A DNA stretch of 64,000 nucleotides from NCBI GenBank assembly GCA_950097015.1, contig CATNEN010000007.1:186001-250000 (forward strand), written 5' to 3'. Origin of the DNA: Macrostomum hystrix. Lineage: Eukaryota; Animalia; Platyhelminthes. Shown here piece after piece: positions 40,601-55,600 of this stretch; the first letter of the stretch is position 1, and each line of letters begins with the position of its first letter. The notes under the pieces are model-generated. The model worked only from the letters and a program-made list of their open reading frames with translations. It was not told the origin of the DNA and ran no database searches. Position numbers and translations under genes: made by a program.

Positions 40601-43600
40601 GCAAAAAAACTGGTGCTCCGCAAAAAATAGCCGGCCCAAAATCCATGTAGAGAATTTTTTAGCAAATATTTTTCGCAGAGAATGATACACTTTTTCACAC
40701 CGCCAAACACACTTGCCCTCTTCTGCAGCAGCAGCAGAGAAGCCATCAGAAATAGCTCACACGTAATGTTTCACCTACAGTACTCTATTGTTTCAGATAA
40801 TTTTTCATTCTTGAACAAATTTCTGACTCATTGTTTGTCTCGCATTGTCTTCCGTCTCTTTGGTGTCCCATTCAATCACATTGTTCTCTACCTGTGTCTC
40901 ACTTCCTAGAGTTTTGTAGCTCTTACAAACACCATTGAAACAGCTTTGTGGGTCAAAGAACTACTTAATATGTTGAAATAATAGCACAGGTTGGAGTACA
41001 ATGACTTCAATTCATTTTGAGTATTCGGTAACCAGTCCGGTGACCCATAAATAAAACCAACTTTCTCATCGCTGCAGCTCAGACACTACACTTCTGTTGT
41101 AGCTTAAAGTACAGGGCACTTTCTCATCAATTCTCATCCAATCTCATCCCACTGCCTCCCATCTCATCCCACTGACTCCCATCTCATCCTACTGCCTCCC
41201 ATCTCATCCCACTGACTCCCATCTCATCCCACTGCCTCCCATCTCATCCTACTGCCTCCCATCTCATCCCACTGCCTCCCATCTCATCCCACTGCCTCCC
41301 ATCTCATCCCACTGACTCCCATCTCATCCTACTGCCTCCCATCTCATCCCACTGCCTCCCATCTCATCCCACTGCCTCCCATCTCATCCCACTGACTCCC
41401 ATCTCATCCCACTGCCTCCCATCTCATCCCACTGCCTCCCATCTCATCCCACTGACTCCCATCTCATCCCACTGACTCCCATCTCATCCTACTGCCTCCC
41501 ATCTCATCCCACTGCCTCCCATCTCATCCCACTGACTCCCATCTCATCCCACTGACGCCCATCTCATCCCACTGACTCTCATCTCATCCCACTCACTCCC
41601 ATCTCATCCTGCTGACGCCCATCTCATCCCACTGACTCCCATCTCATCCCACTATCTGTCGTTCGCATCAGTCTCCTCTCAGTTATCAGTTATCATTTAT
41701 GCTAATTGCAAATGCAGTTTCAATTTCGGAAGTCGTTGATTTTTTACCGCCAAGCAAAGTGAACTCACCACAATGAGGGCGACAAAGTAGATCCAGCCCC
41801 AGAACGAATGAGCGTCCTGCACATAGTACATGATGTCCACCCAGCTCTCCAGGCTGATCACCTGAGGTAATTGGCGCAAGGGGTTAGTGAGAAATACTAA
41901 AATTGATCTTTGCGACTCGGATTTTAGGAAAAGGTGAGATAAGAGACAGGTGAGATAAGACACGGGTAAGATAAGACACGGGTGAGATAAGATACGTTTT
42001 AGATAAGAGGCGGGTGAGATAAGAGATAAGAGACGGGTGAGATGAGACAAGGGTGAGATAAGAGATAAGAGGCGGGTGAGATAGAGATAAGAGGCGGGTG
42101 AGATAAGAGATCAGAGACGGGTGAGATGAGACACGGGTGAGATAAGATATGTTTGAGATAAGACACGGGTGAGATAAGACACGGGTGAGATAAGACACGG
42201 GTGAGATAAGACACGGGTGAGATAAGACACGGGTGAGATAAGACACGGGTGAGATAAGACACGGGTGAGATAAGACGGGTGAGATAAGAGACGGATCAGT
42301 TAGATGGAACGTGAGATAGGTTGAGGGTGAGTTAAACAATTGAAAAGCTGTTGAGTTTATATTCTTCTTAATTTTCTTCTTAACTTATTTTAATAAACAC
42401 TACATTTTACTATTTTTTTGGTAATACTGTTGGCTATCAATTTGAACGGGAAAATCAGTACATTTTAGTACAAAAGCTTCTGGACACATGAATCACTATG
42501 GTTAAACGTTAATCTAGGGATTAGTTCAAGGTTTTATGGCTCTGGAGAACAATTAGCATTTTTAATTTGCCCCAGTCAGCCGTCACAAGTAAAATCTGTT
42601 CATTTGGGATAATTTTCCCGTTACTCATGGCTCAATTAAGTTTGGCAGGGGCAAAGTTTTTCGAGCTCTCGTACGCAGACCTGACTCCAATTACTCAAAT
42701 TAATACAAAATCCTAAATGCGAAAAGGGAATTAAGGCAAAAAATCTGGGATTTCTTTAAAGACTGATTTTATCCTGCCGAGGGGAGCATTCATTGATGGA
42801 GGGTTAAAAGAAGGCTAAATAATTGTCCAGGGTAGAATTTAGCCGACAAAAGATAAAGTACAATCCGCGAGTTCAATGCTACTTTATATAAGTACTCCCA
42901 TCTGCCTTGTATTTCTTTCATGAGGTTAATGACTGCTAGATGAAGCATTATTTCATCTGGGTGCTATTTAATTGCCCCCTTGATCAATTTGATTATATGT
43001 CTGACTGTGCTCTCCTTTCAATCACATTTAGAGCCCTCTAAGATTACGCAGTGTGTATTTGTCTAAAAAATCTGTCTACACCCTCCTGAAATCTAATTGG
43101 CTGCCGTAGAAACTTTGATTAAGCAGTGTGTATTTGTCTAATAAATCTGTCTACCCCCTCCTGAAATCCGATTGGCTGCCGTAGAAACTTTGATTAAGCA
43201 GTGTGTATTTGTCTAATAAATCTGTCTACCCCCTCCTGAAATCCGATTGGCTGCCGTAGAAACTTTGATTAAGCAGTGTGTATTTGTCTAACAAATCTGT
43301 CTACACCCTCCTGAAATCCGATTGGCTGCCGTAGAAACTTTGATTAAGCAGTGTGTATTTGTCTAACAAATCTGTCTACCCCCCCTGAAATCCGATTGGC
43401 TGCCGTAGAAACTTATCAAGCAGTGTGTATTTGTCTAACAAATCTGTCTACCCCCCTGAAATCCGATTGGCTGCCGTAGAAACTTATCAAGCAGTGTGTA
43501 TTTGTCTAAAAAATCTGTCTATCCCCTCCTGAAATCCGATTGGCTGCCGTAGAAACTTTGATTAAGCAGTGTGTATTTGTCTAACAAATCTGTCTATCCC

Positions 43601-46600
43601 CTCCTGAAATCCGATTGTCTGCTGCCTCAAATTAATTTGCCTACTGAAAATTTTGTTTACCCTAATTCATTCAGTAAAGAACTCATATTAGCTGTTAAAG
43701 GGCTCTTAAATATGATTGGCTGGCTCAAATTACTATATTTTTCAGCCAAAATCACCCTGCCAGCTAACCTGGAAAATGGCCACCCAGGCGAAGCCGATAT
43801 TATCAAAATTGATAGATCCCATATAGGGATTATTGAAACCGGGCCGGCAGTGTGTGTAATACTGATTCCAGTTCACGCAGCTGTTGTTTGTTGGCAGATT
43901 GTCGCTGTTCATGTCCGCGGACCGGTTGCAGTTGAGGTAGTGGCGGCCTTTGTCTAGCCACAGCACTGTGGGGTTGATGTTACGACAGGTCTGAATGCCG
44001 CTGGAGTCCTCCAGGGCGCAGATGAAGTCTTTGGCCGCTACGGGGTTGTCAACGCTTGTGTTCAGCTTGTAGTACTCGCTCAGGTTTAGCCTTGATTAAG
44101 GATTTGAGGAAAACTTTTATTGGCTTTACGGACATTTTTACAAATAATGATAAAACATTGGTGTGTCAGGACAGGCTGTGGTGTGTCAGGACAGGCTGTG
44201 GTGTGTCAGGACAGGCTGTGGTGTGTCAGGACAGGCTGTGGTGTGTCAGGACAGGCTGTGGTGTGTCAGGACAGGCTGTGGTGTGTCAGGACAGGCTGAG
44301 GTGTGTCAGGATAGGCTGTGGTGTGTCAGGATAGGCTGTGGTGCGTCAGGACAGGCTGTCAGGATAGACTTGCTTTGCCTGAATTTACAGTGCCGTGTCT
44401 GTAGAGACCACCCGACAGAAAGTATTATCCAACAGAGGCTCCACTCACCCAGGATGAGGGTAGGTGAAGTTGGACTCCAGATAGCATCGGTGCCGCAGCA
44501 GGCCCTTCCACAACTGCACACCAATAATGCCGAATATGAAGAAGACAAAGAAGCAGAGAAGCAGCACATTGCCAAGCATTGGCAGAGTGTCCAGCAACAG
44601 CATTACCAAAATGCGCATGCCTGGATTGCATATTGAAGCAAAGACTGCGTGAGCTACTGCTACTGCTACTGCTACTGCTACTGCTACTGCTACTGCTACT
44701 GCTACTGCTACTGCTACTGCTACTGCTACTGCTACTGCTACTGCTACTGCTACTGCTACTGCTACTGCTACTGCTACTGCTACTGCTACTGCTACTGCTA
44801 CTGCTACTGCTACTGCTACTGCTACTGCTGCTGCTACTGCTACTGCTACTGCTACTGCTACTGCTACTGCTACTGCTACTGCTACTGCTACTGCTACTGC
44901 TACTGCTACTGCTACTGCTACTGCTACTGCTACTGCTACTGCTACTGCTACTGCTACTGCTACTGCTACTGCTGCTGCTACTGCTACTGCTATTGCTACT
45001 GCTACTGCTGCTATTATTAGTATTTTATTACAACCTCAGCAAGCACTAGTTAAAACTTATTTAAAAAATAACTACTCACTGGGAATCCGATTGATGGCTC
45101 GAAGCGGTCGCAGCACTCTTATAGTCCTGATTGCAGTCAGACTCAAATCCTTGGTCTGTGGCAGATATTCCAGTGTCCTGAGGTGGAAAACGGCTTTAGG
45201 GTTAAGATTTCGTTGTTTAAACTTCAAATATCGCATATAAGATGAAGGAAGGCATGAGAGAGGAAGGGGAGATGAAGGGAGGCATTGGAGAGGAAGGGGA
45301 GATGAAGGGAGGCATTGGAGAGGACGGGCAGATGAAGGGAGGCATTGGAGAGGACGGGCAGATGAAGGGAGGCATTGGAGAGGACGGGCAGATCAAGGGA
45401 GGCATTGGAGAGGAAGGGGAGATGAAGGGAGGCATTGGAAAGGAAGGGCAGATCAAGGGAGGCATTGGAGAGGAAGGGGAGATGAAGGGAGGCATTGGAA
45501 AGGAAGGGCAGATCAAGGGAGGCATTGGAGAGGAAGGGGAGATGAAGGGAGGCATTGGAGAGGACGGGCAGATGAAGGGAGGCATTGGAGAGGACGGGCA
45601 GATGAAGGGAGGCATTGGAGAGGACGGGCAGATGAAGGGAGGCATTGGAGAGGACGGGCAGATGAAGGGAGGCATTGGAGAGGACGGGCAGATGAAGGGA
45701 GGCATTGGAGAGGACGGGCAGATGAAGGGAGGCATTGGAGAGGAAGGGGAGATGAAGGGAGGCATTGGAGAGGAAGGGGAGATGAAGGGAGACACGAGAA
45801 GTGGAGGGAGGAGGAAGGTAGACAGGAAAGACAGGAAAAAAGAAGCTGCGATTGTGAAAGAGTTGACAGCTAACACCGGAAGCAAAAACTGAAAGCTAGA
45901 GGAGACTTTGTACTTTAGTCAGTGTTCTGTAAAACATTAATTTAAAAGCCTCAGAAACTCGGCGATTAAGATTAGGATTCACGGCAGGAGAATTATTTGG
46001 GATTAAAAAGAGGCAAGCAGTGGAACAGGGGAAGCCAGCGAGCCGACATGTGAGTCACGCACTGTGAATTATCAATGAGTTGCCCTGCCCTCCCGCTTAG
46101 AAATATGCCAATAGATTTGCCATCTCTGCTTTCTGTCGCGTTTCTTCTTTTCTTCATCTGTCCCTGAGCGCCCACCCGCCCGCGGTTCCTCCGGCTACCA
46201 GTTGCTGAGGGATTCCCCAGGGGGGAGTCGGAAAGCATGCGCGGATGCAGACCGGTAGGCTGGGTGAGAGAGCCAGGCGAGGCGTCCCTTCTGAGTGGAC
46301 GGACATTTGCTAATGGGCTGGGCTGGCAAAATCTGCGAGACAGATTACGGATGTCCAAAGTTAGGACGCATGAGAGGATGTAACAGGTGAGGGAATTAGG
46401 GAACAGGTGATTGGGTAAGAGGAACAGGTGAATGATTTACGAGAACAGGTTAGTGGATTATGGGAACAGGGGAGTGGATTATGGGAACAGACGAGGGAAT
46501 TAGGGGAACAGACGAGGGAATTAGGGGAACAGGTGAAGGAATTAGGGGAACAGGTGAGTGTGTGGATTATGGAACAGGGGAGTGGATCATGGGAACAGGG

Positions 46601-49600
46601 GAGTGGATCATGGGAACAGGGGAGTGGATTATGGGAACAGGTGAGTGAGTGGGTTATGGAAACAGGTGAGTGAGTGGATTATGGGAACAGGTGAGTGTGT
46701 GGATTATGGAAACAGGTGAGTGAGTGGATTATGGGAACAGGTGAGTGGATTATGGAAACAGGTGAGTGGATTATGGGAACAGGTGAGTGGATTATGGGAA
46801 CAGGTGAGTGGATTATGGGAACAGGTGAGTGTGTGGATTATGGGAACAGGTGAGTGGATTATGGAAACAGGTGAGTGTGTGGATTATGGAAACAGGTGAG
46901 TGTGTGGATTATGGAAACAGGTGAGTGGATTATGGGAACAGGTGAGTGGATTATGGAAATAGGTGAGTGTGTGGATTATGGAAACAGGTGAGTGGATTAT
47001 GGGAACAGGTGAGTGGATTATGGAAACAGGTGAGTGTGTGGATTATGTGAACAGAGAAGTGGATTATGGGAACAGGTGAGAAGGTTACAGGAACCGGTGA
47101 GAGGATGGCAGATTACAGGTGAGGGGATCACACTATCCGGTGGGACACAGCCCCAAGTCAGTGTGGAAGATGAGCAGCAACTCACCCAGCCAGCACGATG
47201 AAGCAGTCCAACCTGTTCCAGGAGTCGCCAAGGTAGCCGAGCTTGCCCAGGAACCCCATGGCGATCACTTTGACGCACAACTCGACGGTGAAGAAGGCAA
47301 AAACTGCGTGATCGAAGCCGGAGAGAATCTGGCAGCGGGTCATTGAGCACTGCTCATCCTCACAGGGCCGGTACATGCCCAGCGTGATGCAGTTGATGAG
47401 GATGACACAGATGCTGACCCGCTCAAACCAAGTGCGCGCCGATTTTTTAGTTAAGGAAAACTTTGGATTCTGATTTTCGCTTTCCGTCAAAAGTTTCATG
47501 CGCCTCACCTGCTCGTCCTAATTTCCGGAGGATTTTAAAAATTACAGGAAACTCAAAAAAGGGTTAAACAGTGACATGAAGTCGGGTGGGATTCTTCGGG
47601 ACGTCTGATGGGGATATGGAAAAAAAGAAATCATGATTAAAAAAAATTTTGCAGGACGGCTGCGGGCAATGGTACATCATTTGGTGACACTAGGCCCGTA
47701 GCCAGCGGGAAGGCAATTCTGCCCATTTCGCTGACTCCTGAGCACACACTCACACAGGTGTGTACATCTGCCCTGACTTTCTCATCAGATCGGGCAGTGT
47801 ACACTGCCACTGTGCCTTAGAGGTTGCCCCTCAAGGGCGTAAATTGCACGACAAGCCGCCAAGCCTTCTCTCCGCGGCTGCGCCCCAAATGAATGTCGCC
47901 TCGCCGTGGAATCGAGCTCAGGGACCTTGGCGCAAGAGGCAACCGCGTTAGACCGCTCTGCCACCAGCCCCATAGGAACCCGGATGGGATCTGGGAATGG
48001 GATAGCGGTCTAGGAAATTGGATAGGGATCAGAAAATGGGATGCGGATCAGAGAATGGGATGCGGATCAGAGAATGGGATGCGATCAGAGAATGGGATGG
48101 GGATCAGAGAATGGGATGCGGATCAGAGAATGGGATGGGGATCAGAGAATGGGATGCGGATCAGAGAATGGGATGGGGATCAGAGAATGGGATGCGGATC
48201 AGAGAATGGGATGCGGATCAGAGAATGGGATGGGGATCAGAGAATGGGATGCGGATCAGAGAATGGGATGGGATCAGAGAATGGGATGGGGATCAGAGAA
48301 TAGGATGCGGATCAGAGAATGGGATGGGGATCAGAGAATGGGATGGGATCAGAGAATGGGATGGGATCAGAGAATGGGATGGGGATCAGAGAATGGGATG
48401 GGGATCAGAGAATGGGATGGGATCAGAGAATGGGATGGAGATCAAAGAATGGGATGGGGATAAAAGAATGCGATGGGGATCAAGGAGTAAGAGGGGCATC
48501 CAGGAAGCGAAATGGGATAAGGGAGATGGGATAGGAATTTGGGAAGTGGGATCGTTATAGGGGAAATCGGATGGGATATGGGAACTTAAATTAGATCTAG
48601 AAAACGGGATGGCAATGTGGCGAGTTGCGTGGCGTTTGTAAATTGGGATTTAATATTGAAAGCAGGTTGGGATTAGGGAAGTGAAAATGGGAAGCGGGAT
48701 TCGGATTCGGACTGGAGGAGGTGATAGAGGAGATCCGAATTGGAACGACACGAAAAAAGTATCCCAATCAGGCAAACAGGCCAAGGAAAAACGAGTCGCC
48801 GATTTCCAGCAGCTGGTCCGTCGCCCCTGGCTATTAGAGCGGACAGTCGAAGGCGCGGGCAAACGCAAAACAACCCTCTATCTGGGGCCGTCTCTCCCAA
48901 TGAGCAGGAAAGTGAAATCAACAGGCGGACCCGAGCGTGCGGAATTATCTTATTTGATTTCAACACCGGCACCAATGCGGCGGGCGACACAGCAAACTCA
49001 CGCGCAACGCCTGCGGCGATTCTGCCTGGAATAACTCCCCCCCCCGACTGCTCACGCTTTGCTCACGAATGCTAATTTCAGAACAGCGACTGACACGCTA
49101 ATGAGCCTGGTCTGCTTTATAGCCATCTGCTGCGGAACCCCTTCCTTTGGATATTTATAAGCCAAATTTACATTTTACGGTTTTTATTTCTTGCCTGAAA
49201 TTCTTGCTTCAACTCGCTTCAAGTCTTTCAGCCTGCAAGCTTCCTTTTATTTCCCCGTTTTCCAGCCTTATCTCTCATTTCTCCCCTTTTCTGCCCCTTT
49301 TACCTTTCTCGTCTCTCTCCAACTCTTTTTTTCTCCCATTTCTTCCATTTCCCTTTCTTCCCCTTCTTCACTTTCCCCTTCTTTACTTTCTTCCTTTCTT
49401 CCTTTTCTTCCCTTTCTTCCCTTTCTTCCCTTTCCCTTTCTTCCCTTTCTTCCCTTTCTTCCCTTTCCCTTTCTTCCCCTTCTCTTTCTTCCCTTTCTTC
49501 CCTTTCTTCCCTTTCTTCCCTTTCTTCCCTTTCTTCCCTTTCTTCACTTTCCCTTTCTTCCCCTTCTCTTTCGTCCCTTTCCCTTTCTTCCCTTTCCCTT

Positions 49601-52600
49601 TCTTCCCCTTCTCTTTCGTCCCTTTCCCTTTCTTCCCTTTCTTCCCTTTCCCTTTCTTCCCCTTCCCTTTCTTCCCCTTCTCTTTCTTCCTTTTCTTCCT
49701 TTTCTTCCCTTTCTTCCCTTTCTTCCCTTTGTTCCCTTTCTTCCCTTTCTTCCCTTTTCCTTTCTTCCCCTTCTCTTTCGTCCCTTTCCCTTTCTTCCCT
49801 TTCCCTTTCTTCCCCTTCTCTTTCGTCCCTTTCCCTTTCTTCCCTTTCCCTTTCTTCCCCTTCTCTTTCGTCCCTTTCCCTTTCTTCCCTTTCCCTTTCT
49901 TCCCCTTCTCTTTCGTCCCTTTCCCTTTCTTCCCTTTCTTCCCTTTCCCTTTCTTCCCCTTCCCTTTCTTCCCCTTCTCTTTCTTCCTTTTCTTCCCTTT
50001 CTTCCCTTTCTTCTCTTTCTTCCCTTTCTTCCCTTTCTTCCCTTTCTTCCCTTTCTTCCCTTTCTTCCCCTTCTCTTTCGTCCCTTTCCCTTTCTTCCCT
50101 TTCTTCCCTTCTTCACTTTTCCTTTCTTCCCAAACTTTTCACCCTCTTAAACAACGTCATTAGTTCATGAAATGCTAATAAACAAAATTATTGTACTCTT
50201 TCCGCTAGTGGGATAAATGAATTACACGTTATTTTCCCTCAGACAAAGATGTGTCTAACACTGGCGATAGTGACTTCGGCTCTTTTTAATTATTTATCGC
50301 TCGACCATCATGGCTACTTCTAAATTTCTGACGAACTTTTTCTATTAAATTGTCACGAAAAAATTAAAGTATGCTTTATATGTTGAAATCCTTTTATCGG
50401 CTAAATTAGCTATGGAGAAATATATATTATAGATTGGCATATTAACTCACAGCAGCACAGTTCTGCTCAGCTGCTTCGATTCTAACTACGGTTCCTGCTT
50501 CGATTCTAGCTACGGTTTCTGCTTCGACTCTAGCTACGGTTTCTGCTGCGATTCTAGCTACGGTTTCTGCTGCGATTCTAGCTACGGTTCCTGATACGAT
50601 TCTAGCTACGGGGGTTCCTGCTATGATTCTAGCTACGGTTCCTGCTGCGATTCTAGCTACGGTTCCTGCTTCGATTCTAGCTACGGCTCCTGATACGATT
50701 CTACGAGCTAGCTACGGTTCCTGCTGCTATTCTAGCTACGGTTCCTGCTTCGATTCCAGCTATGGTTCCTTCTTCGATTCTAGCTACGGTTCCTGCTTCG
50801 ATTCTAGCTACGGTTCCTGCTACGATTCTAGCTACGGTTCCTGATACAACTCTAGCTACGGTTCCTGCTTCGATTCTAGCTACGGCTCCTGATACGATTC
50901 TACGAGCTAGCTACGGTTCCTGCTGTGATTCTAGCTACGGTTCCTGCTTCGATTCCAGCTATGGTTCCTACTTCGATTCTAGCTACGGTTCCTGCTGCGA
51001 TTCTAGCTACGGTTCCTGCTGAAATTCTCTGTTTCTGTGTCTAAATGTGCACTGATTTGTGTAAAAAATGTTAAATCTAATCCGGATTAGATATATTTAT
51101 TTTTAATTAGAATTAATTTCCCACGCTAATAGTTTCATATTCTGTTTCATTGATACTCAAAGCACTGGTTTGAGGTGTAAATCAAAAAGGAGAATAGAGT
51201 ACGAGTAATTTGCAAGAATAAGAGCCACTTCAAACAGCCTTCAGAACAGTCAACGGAATACCAGGGGCAGCCTGGCTGACTTACTTTTATTTCTCCCACC
51301 GAATTTCACACCTAAATTCATTAGGAATATCATTGGTCCTTTTGCTCTCTTAAAACCTGCCTTTGTATTTGCATTTCACTGTTCCCATTTCGCCTATCCT
51401 TCTCTCCCTATCCTTCTCCTCCTATCCTTCTCCTCCTATCCTTCTCCTCCTATCCTTCTCCTCCTATCCTTCTCCACCTATCCTTCTCTCCCTATCCTTC
51501 TCTCCCTATCCTTCTCCTCCTATCCTTCTCCGCCTATCCTTCTCTACCTATCCTTCTCTCCCTATCCTTCTCTCCCTATCCTTCTCTCCCTATCCTTCTC
51601 CTCCTATCCTTCTCCTCCTATCCTTCTCCCCCTATCCTTCTCCTCCTATCCTTATCTCCCTATCCTTCTCCTCCTATCCTTCTCCTCCTATCCTTCTCTC
51701 CCTATCCTTCTCTCCCTATCCTTCTCCTCCTATCCTTCTCCTCCTATCCTTCTCCCCCTATCCTTCTCCTCCTATCCTTATCTCCCTATCCTTCTCTCCC
51801 TATCCTTCTCTCCCTATCCTTCTCCTCCTATCCTTCTCTCCCTATCCTTCTCTCCCTATCCTTCTCTCCCTATCCTTCTCCTCCTATCCTTCTCTCCCTA
51901 TCCTTCTCCTCCTATCCTTCTCCTCCTATCCTTCTCACCCTATCCTTCTCCCATTCTTCCTCAATTATCCTACCAGTCTAATCCCCATTCCCATCAGGGT
52001 ACGATGAGTCGTTGTCTTACCTGTCAGCGGCAAAAATAAAGGTGGCACAGCAGCTGTCTCTCCCCCTCTTCTATCAATGAATGAATTCAACAAGCCACTC
52101 AAAGAAATGGATGCCCTGAACAGTTCAATTCCTTCTATCCTCTTTCTTCCCTTTCAGCCCAGCCATCCTAATCCTTGCATCTGGCGTACCTTGGCACAGT
52201 TAATCCTCGCAATTTGTAGGCCGAGCCGGCGTGCAATCCAACCAAATGAGTCGGTTGGAAATGGGGACTTCGCATTATTTCTACTTAATTGCCCCAACAG
52301 CAGCTGACGGGTGAGGCCCCCCCTTCAGCCTCCCCGGTTCCTGCAACTACTATGGCTCAGCTCTGGCTACACCTGGGAAGGCCGCGGGCGCACAGATGAG
52401 GTGGCAATAGACAGAGAAAGAGATGACAGAGGAAAGGAGAAAGCAAAAAGAGACTGAATAGGGTCTGCCCCCGCCTCACCACCCTAGCATGGCCCCCCTC
52501 TCTCAATCCTACTCTAGGCGAGGCTAAAAGAAATAAGAGGGGCAACCGTCACCTCTCGCCTAATCTGCCCCCCCGTCTCGCCGCGGGTACTCGAAAATAG

Positions 52601-55600
52601 GATATTTGCACTTTTTGTAGCACTACAGGCCAGCTCTGAGCATGCGGCTTGCTATATCTTGGTCTCAAGTGATCTCTACTAGTCTCATCCGTCTAATCTC
52701 ACCCTGTCATTCTCTACTAGTCTCATCCGTCTAATCTCACCCTGTCATTCTCTACTATTCTCACTCGTCTAATCTCACCCTGTCATTCTCTACTATTCTC
52801 ACTCGTCTAATCTCACCCTGTCATTATCTACTAGTCTCATCCGTCTAATCTCACCCTGTCTTTCTCTACTAGTCTCACTCGTCTAATCTCACCCTGTCAT
52901 TCTCTACTAGTCTCATCCGTCTAATCTCACCCTGTCATTCTCTACTATTCTCACTCGTCTAATCTCACCCTGTCATTCTCTACTATTCTCACTCGTCTAA
53001 TCTCACCCTATCATTCTCTACTAGTCTCACTCGTCTAATCTCACCCTATCATTCTCTACTAGTCTCACTCGTCTAAACTCACCCTGTCATTCTCTACTAG
53101 TCTCATCCGTCTAATCTCACCCTGTCTTTCTCTACTAGTCTCATCTCTCTAATCTCACCCTGTCATTCTCTACTAGTCTCATCTCTCTAATCTCACCCTA
53201 TCATTCTCTACTAGTCTCATCTGTCTAATCTCACCCTGTTATTCTCTACTATTCTCACTCGTCTAATCTCACCCTGTCATTATCTACTAGTCTCATCCGT
53301 CTAATCTCACCCTGTCTTTCTCTACTAGTCTCACTCGTCTAATCTCACCCTGTCATTCTCTACTAGTCTCATCCGTCTAATCTCACCCTGTCATTCTCTA
53401 CTATTCTCACTCGTCTAATCTCACCCTGTCATTCTCTACTAGTCTCACTCGTCTAATCTCACCGTCATTCTCTACTAGTCTCATCCGTCTAATCTCACCC
53501 TGTCATTCTCTACTAGTCTCATCCGTCTAATCTCACCCTATCATTCTCTACTAGTCTCATCTCTCTAATCTCACCCTGTCATTCTCTACTAGTCTCACTC
53601 GTCTAATCTCACCCTGTCATTCTCTACTATTCTCATCTGTCTAATCTCACCCTGTCATTCTCTACTAGTCTCATCCGTCTAATCTCACCCTGTCATTCTC
53701 TACTAGTCTCATCCGTCTAATCTCACCCTGTCATTCTCTACTAGTCTCATCTCTCTAATCTCACCCTGTCATTCTATACTATTCTCACTCGTCTAATCTC
53801 ACCCTGTCATTCTCTACTAGTCTCATCTCGCTAATCTCACCCTATCATTCTCTACTAGTCTCATCTGTCTAATCTCACCCTGTCATTCTCTACTAGTCTC
53901 ATCCGTCTAATCTCACCCTGTCATTCTCTACTAGTCTCATCTCTCTAATCTTATTATGGTCTCTAGTATTCTCATCTCTCTAATCTCATCCTGCTTCTGC
54001 GATTCTCATCCATTGAATCTCTAGTCAATGTTAATTTCCGCTGCCACATTAATCTAATCTCACGCTGTTTCTCACTCATTGCTCGATAATTGTGAGTCCC
54101 TGCCAGTCATTCCTGAGGCATCCATGAGGCTTCATTAGTTGTACTGCTTGAGCAGTCTCACTTTAGTACCATCAGCTAATAATCACCGTGCAATCACCGT
54201 GCAATCACCGTGCAATCACCGTGCAATCACCGTGCAATCACCGTGCAATCACCGTGCAATCACCGTGCAATCACCGTGCAATCACCGTGCAATCACCGTG
54301 CAATCACCGTGCAATCACCGTGCAATCACCGTGCAATCACCGTGCAATCACCGTGCAATCACCGTGCAATCACCGTGCAATCGAGTGTTCCAATGTGGGA
54401 TAATTATTTCTTATAATAACGAAATCCTCTGCAATTACTATCCCAACCCCCCCTACTTCTGCTTGTCTCAGACACATCCTCATTTCCCAGATCCCCAACC
54501 TATAAGACCCCTGGGGGGAGTTGGGATACAGGCTAGGAGAATGAAATCCTCAATAAATTAGTGGGAAGAAAATATGCCGAATCAATTAAACTCCCTGCCA
54601 GGAAAATTTGTGGAGTTTTAGCTGACACTCTTCAAATCCTGACTACTGATAAACTATTAAATTATAATTCCGCTAATTATTTTTATTTAGCTTTCATGCC
54701 TACATTTGGATGTCAGGGGGGGGCCGAATCGACATTGAGTTGAATGATATCGATGGCCCCTGTTCGCATTTTCTTCCAAGCAGCGCGCGCGCCCTATCAG
54801 TCCATCGCCTATTTCTTCTTTGCGAGGAGAGGGCGAACTCAAAGCAAAAATGGGAATTGAATTTGCCCTGCCTCCCCTGATGGGAAGGGAAAGATTATTA
54901 TTCTCTAAGACTGGGATAATCTAACAGCAGCCTCCTGCTGCTGCACTCAAGGCTGGGCACATTATTTGCACTGCGCCCGGGTACTGCTGTACTCTCATTC
55001 CAGATAATTGCTGCTTAAGTAGGAGTAGACGAGCTAAATTAAGGCATTTGTTTCTTCATGGCACATCCTTGAAGCTTTGCTGCACCTTTCGTTTGGCAGC
55101 ATTTGACATCTGATCTGTCTATAGATCTATAGCGCGATCGACTTCTATGAAATTACTGACGAGATTCCTTACTTTCAATGTGTATCTTCAGCTATCTCTA
55201 GCCCTCACTCTCTAATCTCACTCACTCGCTCGCTAATCTCAATCATTCACTCGCTAATCTCACTCACTCACTCTCTAATCTCACTCACTCACTCTCTAAT
55301 CTCACTCACTCACTCGCTAATCTCACTCACTCACTCTCTAATCTCACTCACTCACTCGCTAATCTCACTCACTCACTCGCTAATCTCACTCACTCACTCG
55401 CTAATCTCACTCACTCACTCGCTAATCTCACTCACTCACTCTCTAATCTCACTCACTCGCTCGCTAATCTCACTCGCTCGCTAATCTCACTCACTCACTC
55501 TCTAATCTCACTCACTCGCTCGCTAATCTCACTCACTCGCTAATCTCACTCGCTCGCTAATTTCACTCACTCACTCGATAATATCTCTCACTCGCTCGCT

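Noticed and set aside
48640-49080. GC-rich island with overlapping short ORFs in intron 1 (also 38060-38760, 52300-52620, 54420-54960)
   Set aside because: No domain similarity, splice framework or repeat partner identifiable by eye; probably decayed repeats.
50623-51022. SYGSCFDS repeats resembling keratin-associated or cuticle proteins
   Set aside because: A 24-bp intronic minisatellite; no signal peptide, splice context or credible start.
52595-52615. Second ATATCCT string on the - strand inside intron 1 (alternative U12 donor or alternative first exon)
   Set aside because: It reads ATATCCTAT, off consensus, and has no Cav3-like N-terminal coding sequence upstream.
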